DNA of 54,478 nucleotides, taken from positions 1-54,478 of IMG/VR virus record IMGVR_UViG_3300049982_000333; one strand, 5' to 3'. The notes under the pieces are model-generated. The model ran no database searches. It worked only from the letters and a program-made list of their open reading frames with translations, and was not told the DNA's origin. Shown piece after piece: positions 9,106 to 16,355 of this stretch. The number at the start of each line of letters is the position of its first letter. Within the stretch, counting starts at the first letter, position 1. The translations under genes were made by a program, and so were the position numbers. This DNA is from a virus. Lineage: Duplodnaviria > Caudoviricetes.

Positions 9106-9606
9106 ATGCCCATCTACCTGCCCGCTCCCACTCGCGACGTGCGCGGTCCCGACGGTGGCGGCTGGAACCGGCTCAGCCTCAACGCCGGTCCGGTGTACCC
9201 GGGCCAGTGCGCCCTGCAGCCGACCTCGTACGCGACCCTGTGGGAGTCGCATGACACGCGCCGTGCCCGCTGGGGCGGCTTCGGGGGATGCGTCCGGGGC
9301 GGAGCCTGCGCTGGCTGCCCGTCGCTGACGCCCGCCGAGCCGCGCCGGCTGCTGTCGTTCACGCCGGACGTCCTCGTGCGGATCCTGGTCCGCAGCGGCG
9401 CGGCGGACCAGCCGCACGTCATGAACCGGCCCGAAGACGGCTGGGCGTCCCGCTCCGAGCGGTGGACCTGGCCTGAGCTGGCCCACCTGACCGGATGGCG
9501 CCTCGGCCGGCAGCACGTCGACGAGCACAGCGACGGCTTCTGGCTCCACGCGACGCACGCGAGCGGCGGCGTGTACGGCAAAAGCGAGGCCCTGCGATGC
9601 AGCTGA
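9106..9606 (+). CDS. Cys/Trp-rich hypothetical protein
   Basis: AAGGAG RBS; CxxxxxCxxC. Confidence 0.7.
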   Translation: MPIYLPAPTRDVRGPDGGGWNRLSLNAGPVYPGQCALQPTSYATLWESHDTRRARWGGFGGCVRGGACAGCPSLTPAEPRRLLSFTPDVLVRILVRSGAADQPHVMNRPEDGWASRSERWTWPELAHLTGWRLGRQHVDEHSDGFWLHATHASGGVYGKSEALRCS

Positions 9607-9824
9607 CCCTGGACTTCCCCGAGCCCGAGCGCCCGGTGGCCGAACCGCACACCGGCCGGCCGCAGGTCCGCCGCGGTCCGCAGCGCCGGGTCACGGTCCT
9701 ATGCCCATTCGGTCACCTCGTCTGGTCCATCGCGCCGGGCGACTGGGCGGGCTCCTGGTACCAGGCGCGACTCACCGACCCGGCCTTCACCGTGACCTGC
9801 CACGGCTCCCTGCAGGAGCGGTGA
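9597..9824 (+). CDS. Small hypothetical protein starting MQLTLDF
   Basis: 10-bp overlap with upstream gene; paralog of 10340-10585 (RPQV...VTxLCPxGHL...DWAxSxYxARLxDPxxTVxC). Confidence 0.7.
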   Translation: MQLTLDFPEPERPVAEPHTGRPQVRRGPQRRVTVLCPFGHLVWSIAPGDWAGSWYQARLTDPAFTVTCHGSLQER

Positions 9825-9826
9825 CC

Positions 9827-9871
9827 ATGCAGCTGGCCCTCGAGATCCCCCGGCCCGGACTGGAGATGTGA
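9827..9871 (+). CDS. Possible 14-aa minigene MQLALEIPRPGLEM
   Basis: CAGGAG RBS, ATG 9827, TGA 9869-9871; same MQL start as neighbours. Confidence 0.3.
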   Translation: MQLALEIPRPGLEM

Positions 9872-9872
9872 C

Positions 9873-10349
9873 ATGACACGATCCGAAGGCGACGCCCTGT
9901 TCGATTTGGCCCCGGCCGCCGACGCGGATCGCACCGCGCAAGGCTGGACCACTGTGACCCGCGAGGCGGTGACGCACACCATCGAGGACCACTTCGCCGC
10001 CGCGCGGCCCATCATCCGCGAAGGCCGACGCGACTTCTTCCCCTGCGTAGCCATCTACCGGTGGAGCTGGAAGCGCGGCCACGGTTGGAAACTGGATCTG
10101 TACGAGCTGAGCGGCCCCAACCGGAAAGCCGACGGCGCGGTCGGCCTGATGACCGTCACCCACCGCCTACACGGCACCGACCCCGAGGTGTGGGCCAGGC
10201 TGCCGGACTGGCTGTACCTGGCCATGGCCGCTACCCGCCCCGACTGGGAACCCCCGCCGGCCCAGCTGCAGCCCGCTGAGGGCATGGTCGAAGCGCTCAT
10301 CGCCGACGACTTCCCGCTCGGCCAGGGGGAGACCCGGCCGTGCAGTTGA
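9873..10349 (+). CDS. Hypothetical protein
   Basis: GGAG RBS; ORF. Confidence 0.65.
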   Translation: MTRSEGDALFDLAPAADADRTAQGWTTVTREAVTHTIEDHFAAARPIIREGRRDFFPCVAIYRWSWKRGHGWKLDLYELSGPNRKADGAVGLMTVTHRLHGTDPEVWARLPDWLYLAMAATRPDWEPPPAQLQPAEGMVEALIADDFPLGQGETRPCS

Positions 10350-10585
10350 GCCTCCTGGACGACCCGTTCGCTCTGCGGCCGCATGATGTGCGGCCGCAGG
10401 TCCACCGATTCGAGGGCGGGCGGGTCACGCTGCTGTGCCCGTACGGGCATCTCATCTGTTCAATGGCGGCTGACGACTGGGCTGCCTCGGGATACGCCGC
10501 ACGTCTTGCCGACCCGGACTACACGGTCGCCTGCGCCAACGGCGCGGTGCCGGTCGAGATGTGGTGGAGGTCCCAGTGCAGCTGA
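10340..10585 (+). CDS. Small hypothetical protein starting MQLSLL (paralog of 9597-9824)
   Basis: Sequence similarity to 9597-9824; 10-bp overlaps at both ends. Confidence 0.7.
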   Translation: MQLSLLDDPFALRPHDVRPQVHRFEGGRVTLLCPYGHLICSMAADDWAASGYAARLADPDYTVACANGAVPVEMWWRSQCS

Positions 10586-11709
10586 CCCTGGACCTCCCCG
10601 CGCTGGACCGCCCCCGGCCCGTGCTGAACCTGCTGGCCTACGACCTGATCGTCATCTGCAGTTCTGCAGGCAAGGACTCGCTCGCACTGCTGGCCTGCGT
10701 CGCCGAGCTCATCGCCGAGCAGGGATACCGCGGCCGCGTGGTCGTGCTGCACAACCACCTCGGCGTCACCCGGTCCGGCGAGCCGGTCGAGTGGTGGGGC
10801 GTCGAAGCGGCCGCCCGCGAGCACGCCGCAGCGTGCGGGTTCGAGTTCGTGGTACGGCGCCGCCCGGGCGGCGGCCTGTGGGACCAGCTGCTCGGCCAGC
10901 GCCGCCGGTGGATGGCGAACAACGCGCGTTGGTGCACCAGCGATCAGAAGACCGGCCCGTCGATGACCTGGGTCACCGAGGCGGTCGCCGAGTTCTGGGA
11001 GCAGCTCGACATGCCCGCGGACCGGCCGGTGGAGGTGCTGTACTGCCTGGGCCTGCGCGGCGAGGAGTCCGCCGGCCGCGCCGGGCAGCCGATCGTCCAG
11101 GTGGACCAACGCCGCTCGTCGGGCAACCGGCGGATCACGCGGTGGCTGCCGATCCGGGACTGGACCATCCGGGACGTGTGGGGGCAGATCGCGGAGTCGG
11201 GTCTGCGGCCGCACGCCGGGTATTCCTGGGGTCTGGGCCGGTTGTCGTGCAGCTTGTGTGTGCTGGCGTCGCTGGAGGATCTGATGCTCGCCGCGGCGCT
11301 GCGCCCGGCGCTGGCGGCCGACTACCTGTGGGCGGAGATCGAGCTGGAGCAGCCGTTCACCGAACGGCTGTCCATGGGGCAGATCCTCGCCGGCCTCGAT
11401 GCCGCCCGGCTGGAAACCGCCGGCGACACCGCGGCGGCCGCCGACGCCACGGTGGTGTTGTACGAGATGGTCCGCGAGTTCCTGGCTGACACGCCCGCGG
11501 CCCGGGGCGAGGGGACCACCAAGTCGGGCAAGCCGCGCCGGCCGTGGACCGATCAGGAGCTGGCCGGCCGGGCGTCCGCGCGCACCGCCGAGATTCTCGC
11601 GGCCGGGCGCCGGGCCGTCGCGCTGGTGGCGGAGGCGGACACGAGTGTGTGGATGCTGGACCCGCTCGACGACCACGCGGCGGCTGTCCTGGCAGGAGCA
11701 GCCGGTTGA
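10576..11709 (+). CDS. PAPS reductase-like PP-loop protein
   Basis: CSSAGKDS PP-loop, RWCTSDQKTGP, GLRGEESAGRA, WLPIRDWT, RLSCSLC. Confidence 0.85.
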   Translation: MQLTLDLPALDRPRPVLNLLAYDLIVICSSAGKDSLALLACVAELIAEQGYRGRVVVLHNHLGVTRSGEPVEWWGVEAAAREHAAACGFEFVVRRRPGGGLWDQLLGQRRRWMANNARWCTSDQKTGPSMTWVTEAVAEFWEQLDMPADRPVEVLYCLGLRGEESAGRAGQPIVQVDQRRSSGNRRITRWLPIRDWTIRDVWGQIAESGLRPHAGYSWGLGRLSCSLCVLASLEDLMLAAALRPALAADYLWAEIELEQPFTERLSMGQILAGLDAARLETAGDTAAAADATVVLYEMVREFLADTPAARGEGTTKSGKPRRPWTDQELAGRASARTAEILAAGRRAVALVAEADTSVWMLDPLDDHAAAVLAGAAG

Positions 11710-11744
11710 CCTGCGGTAACTGTGCGATTCATCCCGGTAACCCC

Positions 11745-11790
11745 TGGTATTCGCATACGCAGTTTGCTATGATGAAGATATAAGAAAAAG
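11745..11790 (+). promoter_or_regulatory. Repeated early promoter, copy 4
   Basis: TGGTAT-N17-TATGAT; similarity to copy 1 extends back to TGACCTGCG (11707 vs 3695). Confidence 0.75.
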
Positions 11791-11821
11791 CTCCTCCCCC
11801 CTCCACAGAGAGAAGGCCGCC

Positions 11822-11950
11822 ATGACCGCCCCCATCACCTTCGTCATCACCGCCAACGGCAACGAGGTCACCGTCGAGGTCACCGTCGCGGACGCCGAGA
11901 AGCTCGTCCCGATCTTCGCCGCGAACGGCATCACCTACCGCATCGCCTAA
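11822..11950 (+). CDS. 42-aa small protein (MTAPITFVITANGNEVTVEVTVADAEKLVPIFAANGITYRIA)
   Basis: Read manually; GAGAAGG RBS; extreme C3 bias; followed by a hairpin. Confidence 0.7.
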   Translation: MTAPITFVITANGNEVTVEVTVADAEKLVPIFAANGITYRIA

Positions 11951-12008
11951 CCCCCACCCGCCCCCCGGCCTGCGCGGCCGGGGACCCGTCCAGCGGAAGA
12001 AGGCTGTC

Positions 12009-12272
12009 ATGTCCACCACCACCAACGACCGCGCCACCATCGCCCGTGCCGCCCGCGAGCACGGCCTCTCCGTCGCCTACGCCGCAGTGTCCGCCGCCAG
12101 CTACGAGCAGGACGGGAAGTCGCTGACCGTTTCCTACGGCAGCGAGGAGGACCTGGTCGGGGCGTTCTACATCCACGCCCGGGCTGTGCCGGGCCGGCCG
12201 CTCGACTCGGTGGATGAGGTCGTGGCTGCCCTGGACGAGATGGTGCCCCAGAACGACGTCCCGTCCACCTGA
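12009..12272 (+). CDS. Hypothetical protein
   Basis: GAAGAAGG RBS; ORF. Confidence 0.7.
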   Translation: MSTTTNDRATIARAAREHGLSVAYAAVSAASYEQDGKSLTVSYGSEEDLVGAFYIHARAVPGRPLDSVDEVVAALDEMVPQNDVPST

Positions 12273-12330
12273 CCCCCGCGCGGGGGCCAGCCTGCCCGGC
12301 CGGTCCCGCGTCTGAAAGAAGGGCCCTGAC

Positions 12331-12516
12331 ATGGTCGGCCAGCAGCGCACCACCGCGCACTACGAGCGCGACTGCCCAATGTGTGGCGTCAGGATCGTGG
12401 AGGAGCGTGACCGCGAGTACGCACCCATGGTCGGCGCGTTCTGGCACTGCGGCCAGCGTGTGGACATCGGGCGGACGATATACCGCGCGGATGGCACCGC
12501 GATCCACAACCCCTGA
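12331..12516 (+). CDS. Small zinc-ribbon hypothetical protein
   Basis: CPMCG...WHCG; GAAGGG RBS. Confidence 0.55.
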   Translation: MVGQQRTTAHYERDCPMCGVRIVEERDREYAPMVGAFWHCGQRVDIGRTIYRADGTAIHNP

Positions 12517-12538
12517 CCCGACCTCGGTCTGCGCGGCC

Positions 12539-12574
12539 TGGACATCGAACCTTAAGGACCTTAAGGTATTGCTC
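12539..12574 (+). promoter_or_regulatory. Leaderless promoter with tandem palindromic operator CCTTAAGG x2
   Basis: TGGACA-N17-TAAGGT-N7-ATG; CCTTAAGG at 12550-12557 and 12559-12566. Confidence 0.7.
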
Positions 12575-13213
12575 ATGACCTGGAACGAAATCGGCATCGA
12601 ACCGGCCCGGAAGAAGCTCGGCGCCCTCGTGGCCGCCGCCCAGCGCGGACAGACCACCATCCTCACCCGCAACCGGACTCCCGCCGCGATGATCACACCG
12701 GTTCCCCTGCACCTCGCCCTCCGCGACATCAGCGTCGAAGCCATCGACCAGGGCAACTGGCGCGACCAGGCCATCCAGGACTGGATCGAAGCCGCCGCCG
12801 AGGAGGGCTACGGCTTCACCGTCCGGCGCACCCACTACTCCGGCGACGTGCTGGCCGTCCTCGCCGAGGACAAATGGATAGGCGACGAGATCACCCAGGG
12901 CGAGCCGCTCGCCCTGCTCGTCGACCGCACGCACCCGGATGTCGCAGAGGGCGATGGGGACACGCTCGACATCCACCCCGGGCTCATATCCCTACGCGGG
13001 GACCCCGGGCCCGCGGACGCCGTTCAGAGCGACGGCGACATCCCCGACCGGCCCGCCACAGCAGACATGGTCGTGGCCGGCCGATTCCGCGTCCAACGAA
13101 ACGGCTCGGGCGGAATCAGTCTCGACTGGGGCGACGGCGAGATCGACATGGGCGACGACGACGCCGAGCAACTCGCCGCAGCTCTCGCGACCGTACGTCG
13201 CCAGCCGCGATGA
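12575..13213 (+). CDS. Phd/YefM antitoxin-like DNA-binding domain fused to an acidic C-terminal region
   Basis: N-terminus IGIEPARKKLGALVAAAQRGQTTILTRNRTPAAMITPV matches the Phd fold pattern. Confidence 0.7.
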   Translation: MTWNEIGIEPARKKLGALVAAAQRGQTTILTRNRTPAAMITPVPLHLALRDISVEAIDQGNWRDQAIQDWIEAAAEEGYGFTVRRTHYSGDVLAVLAEDKWIGDEITQGEPLALLVDRTHPDVAEGDGDTLDIHPGLISLRGDPGPADAVQSDGDIPDRPATADMVVAGRFRVQRNGSGGISLDWGDGEIDMGDDDAEQLAAALATVRRQPR

Positions 13214-13295
13214 CCACCCGTTGACCCTCGCACCTGGTGATCGGCTAGCATCGACAGTGATCGGCTGATCATGTTGCGGCGCAGCCGATCGCCCC

Positions 13296-13366
13296 GCGCC
13301 GGAGTTGTGACGGCCGCATGCCCCTCTTCCCGAGGGGCGGACCAGGTTCGAGTCCTGGCCGGCGCT
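13296..13366 (+). tRNA. Non-canonical tRNA-Gly(TCC)-like RNA
   Basis: Acceptor GCGCCGG/CCGGCGC plus U73; anticodon arm CCCCT-CTTCCCG-AGGGG; T-arm CCAGG-TTCGAGT-CCTGG; weak D-arm; A8 and C37 deviations; no encoded CCA. Confidence 0.7.
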
Positions 13367-13401
13367 CGGCTTGCACACCGCCAGAGACCCGGGGGCTGGC
13401 T

Positions 13402-14745
13402 ATGTTCCACGGATCTATCCCAGCTCCGCTCCGCTCGATCATCTACGAGCACGCAGGCACCTGGCCAGGCGAGGACATCTACGTCGGCTGCAGCGGCAAC
13501 TTCACGATCGAGCGCGTGCTCCACGCCCGGTTCGGCGCCACCCGCGCCGTCCACGGCAACGACGTCCAGGCTTACTCGAGCGCCCTCGGCTGGTGGCTGG
13601 CCGGCCAGCCCGTCCCCTTCACCCTCCGCGAAGACCACGAGGAAGCCCTCGGCTGGCTCAGGCCCTACCTCGACGACCCCACAGACCTGCTCGCCACCCT
13701 GATGCTCGGCACCCGGTTCCTGCAGTGGGTCGGCAAGACCGGCCCGTACTACCGGCGGATGCTCGCGGCGACGCAAGATCAGTGGCCTCGCATGCACGAC
13801 AAGACCGCGACCAAGCTGCGGAACCTGACCGTACGGCTCGGCTCCTACTTCGCCGGCGACGTCCGCGACTACCTGACGCAGGTGGTGCCCGACACCGCGC
13901 CGGTCGTCATGTTCCCTCCGTTCTACGGCGGAGACTACGAAGCGCAGTTCGCGCCGATCGATGCCGCGTTCGACTGGCCGGCCCCGACGTTCGACGAGCT
14001 CGACGAGGACGGGAAAGAGCAGATCATCGCCCAGGTCCGCGAGCGTCCCAACTGGATGCTCGGCCTGCACATCGAACGGCCCGAGCTGCGCGCCCAGCTC
14101 GCCGGCGTCGTCCAGACCGCCAACCGCGGCCTGCCGATCTACGTGTACGCCGCGTCCGGGCCGCGGCGCATCGTCCGCCCGCACCAGACGACCGCCGGCA
14201 TCCCCATGCCGAAGATCGGTCCCGACGACGTGCTCGGCGACCGCATGGCGCTGCACATGCTCAGCGGCGGCCAGTTCGCCGCGATCCGCTCGCAGTTCAT
14301 GTCCAAGACGATCAAGCCGGGGTCGCCTTTGCTGGCGTGTGGCGTCTCCGTTGACGGGAAGATCGTCGGCGCGTTCGCGTTTCTGCCGCCGAAGTTCGAG
14401 CCGACCTCTGCCTACCTGATGTCGGACTTCCCGGTGTCGTGGAGCCGGTACCGGCGCCTGGCCAAGCTGATCGTCATGGCCGCCAACACCAGGGAGGCGC
14501 AGCTGCTGCTGCAACGCTCGCTGTCCCGCCGGATCACCGACTGGTCGACCACGGCGTTCACCGACAACCCGAACTCGGCGAAGTACGGGCGAGGCATCCC
14601 CGGCGTCAAGCTGGAGAAACGCACGGAGCCCGCGGCTGACGGCGTCCACCGCTACCAGCTGCAGTACGGCGGCCCGATGGGTCAGCGCACACTGGCCGAA
14701 GCGCTCGACCTGTGGAAGCGCAAGCACGGCAAGGACACCAGATGA
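13402..14745 (+). CDS. Putative DNA-modification/antirestriction enzyme: adenine-MTase-like N-terminus plus GNAT(Mom)-like C-terminus
   Basis: DIYVGCSGNF (motif I-like), HGND, VVMFPPFY (degenerate DPPY); C-terminal GVSVDGKIVGAFAF...YLMSDFPV...RLAKLIVM...TTAFTDNPNSAKY resembles a GNAT fold. Confidence 0.6.
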   Translation: MFHGSIPAPLRSIIYEHAGTWPGEDIYVGCSGNFTIERVLHARFGATRAVHGNDVQAYSSALGWWLAGQPVPFTLREDHEEALGWLRPYLDDPTDLLATLMLGTRFLQWVGKTGPYYRRMLAATQDQWPRMHDKTATKLRNLTVRLGSYFAGDVRDYLTQVVPDTAPVVMFPPFYGGDYEAQFAPIDAAFDWPAPTFDELDEDGKEQIIAQVRERPNWMLGLHIERPELRAQLAGVVQTANRGLPIYVYAASGPRRIVRPHQTTAGIPMPKIGPDDVLGDRMALHMLSGGQFAAIRSQFMSKTIKPGSPLLACGVSVDGKIVGAFAFLPPKFEPTSAYLMSDFPVSWSRYRRLAKLIVMAANTREAQLLLQRSLSRRITDWSTTAFTDNPNSAKYGRGIPGVKLEKRTEPAADGVHRYQLQYGGPMGQRTLAEALDLWKRKHGKDTR

Positions 14746-15683
14746 CCGACACCGCCTCGACCACCCCCCGCCTGCGCCCTCGCATCGTGCGTCGTGACCC
14801 CCGTCAGCTCACCCGCCTCCCGGTCAACGCCCGCTTCATGACGAAGGAGAAGTACGACCGGCTGGTCGCCAACATCAAAGACGACGGGTGCCTCACCAGC
14901 GTCCCTCTCGTCTACGGCGCCGGCGAATACCCCGAGGGCCAGGAGCTGATCCTTTCCGGCAACCACCGCTGCGACGCAGCCGTCGACGCCGGCGTGTTCG
15001 AGGTCGACGTCATGCTGATCGAGGACAAGGAGGAGAAGCAGCGGCTCATCGCCCGCCAGCTGTCGCACAACGCCATCGAGGGCGAAGACGACGACGCCAC
15101 CCTCAAGCAGTTGTACGACCAGATCGATGACGTCGACTGGCGGGCCTACTCCGGCCTCGACGACGAGCGGCTGAAGCTGCTGGCCGAGGTTCAACCCGAG
15201 GGACTGTCGGAGGCGAACCTGGATTTCGCCACGGTGCAGCTCATCTTCCTGCCGGCCGAGCTGGAGGCCGCCCGCGCCGCGTTCAACGACGCGAAGTTCG
15301 GCCAGGATGAGACCTGGCTCGCTGCTATCGCCGATTACGAGCCCACCCTTGACGCGCTCAGCTCCACCCACGCCGCCCACCGGGTCACCAACGTGGCCAC
15401 GGCCCTGCACGCCATCCTGGCCATCGTCGAGCGGCACCTGGACGACCTCCAGGCCGGATACACCGGGCCCGACGGCGAGGCGATCCATACGGGGCGCGTG
15501 GGCCTGGAAACCGTGCTCGGAGCGCGTACTCTGCCCGCCGGCGCGGCCGTGACCATCAACAAGGCGATCGCACGCGCGGAAGGGCTGAAGGAGATCCCCC
15601 ACGGTCAGGGCTATCTGCTCCTGGAGCGTCTCGCCGGCGAGTACCTGTCGGGGCCCACCCCGACCCCTGCCGAAGCGCGATAG
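14742..15683 (+). CDS. ParB/Srx-like domain protein
   Basis: NARFM...LVANIKDDGCLTSVPLV...ILSGNHRCDAA...QLSHNAIEGEDD; ATGA coupling to upstream gene. Confidence 0.8.
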   Translation: MTDTASTTPRLRPRIVRRDPRQLTRLPVNARFMTKEKYDRLVANIKDDGCLTSVPLVYGAGEYPEGQELILSGNHRCDAAVDAGVFEVDVMLIEDKEEKQRLIARQLSHNAIEGEDDDATLKQLYDQIDDVDWRAYSGLDDERLKLLAEVQPEGLSEANLDFATVQLIFLPAELEAARAAFNDAKFGQDETWLAAIADYEPTLDALSSTHAAHRVTNVATALHAILAIVERHLDDLQAGYTGPDGEAIHTGRVGLETVLGARTLPAGAAVTINKAIARAEGLKEIPHGQGYLLLERLAGEYLSGPTPTPAEAR

Positions 15684-15689
15684 GGCGCC

Positions 15690-16355
15690 ATGAGCGATCT
15701 CAAGCGGCTCAAGCTGGATCCCGCGCTTGATCCCTGGGAACGACAGCCAGAGGAGTCGATCAAGCGACACAACCAGTTCGCGACCTACCGGGACATTGGC
15801 CGGACCCGCACCATGCGCAAGGCCGCGGAGCAGCTCACACGCGCCGACTCGTGGGTCCGGCAGGTCGGCGCAGCGTTCAAGTGGCGCGAGCGGGCCGAGG
15901 CGTATGACCGGCACATGGACCAGCTGTACGAGGCGGCGTGGCTGGAGGAGCGCCGCAAGGCGGCCGAGACGGACTCGAAGATCCTGAACGCCGCAGTCGG
16001 GAAGATCGCTCAACGGCTGACTGCGCTCAACGCGGCCGACCTGTCCCCGGGTGACCTGATCCGGCTGATAGACGTGGCCATGCGGCACCGGCGCATCTTG
16101 TTCGGTGACCCGGCGACGACGATCGTCGCGCATGACCTGGGGGGTGGTGACCAGCAGGTGCGTATCGCCGAACAGCAGGGCGTGTTGCTCGCGGAGGTGA
16201 TTCGTCGTGTCGCTGACCGGCTGCTCAACGCGGTGGTGGACCAGCTCGACGACCCGGCCGCGACCGACCGGATTGGGCGTGAGTGGCCGGGGCTCCTATC
16301 GGAGATCGTTCCGCGGGAGATCGCTGCCGTCGCAGGAGATGACAACGATGGCTGA
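15690..16355 (+). CDS. Putative terminase small subunit
   Basis: PWERQPEES...FATYRDIGRTRTMRKAA...WRERAEAYD HTH pattern seen in phage terS-like proteins; position. Confidence 0.6.
   Translation: MSDLKRLKLDPALDPWERQPEESIKRHNQFATYRDIGRTRTMRKAAEQLTRADSWVRQVGAAFKWRERAEAYDRHMDQLYEAAWLEERRKAAETDSKILNAAVGKIAQRLTALNAADLSPGDLIRLIDVAMRHRRILFGDPATTIVAHDLGGGDQQVRIAEQQGVLLAEVIRRVADRLLNAVVDQLDDPAATDRIGREWPGLLSEIVPREIAAVAGDDNDG

Noticed and set aside
10576-11709. Complete Dnd/Ssp phosphorothioate system or sulfate-assimilation cysH
   Set aside because: No dndB/D/E, ssp or cys partner genes are visible; only the PP-loop enzyme is present
3695-11790. Repeated 22-25-mers as a CRISPR array
   Set aside because: Copies are kilobases apart, precede genes and contain -10 boxes; no regular spacers and no cas genes
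13221-13251. TTGACC...TAGCAT promoter for the tRNA-like gene
   Set aside because: 19-bp spacing is suboptimal; plausible but not supportable as a feature without TSS data
13296-13366. tRNA as an attB/attP integration remnant
   Set aside because: No second copy of its 3' end and no integrase in the window; it lies inside a co-oriented phage operon
13024-14727. Long alternative-frame and antisense ORFs (also 4879-6291, 25494-27011, 36299-39034, 40105-42777, 52232-53713)
   Set aside because: Shadow ORFs expected in high-GC DNA; they overlap genes with clear motifs, RBSs and coupled junctions
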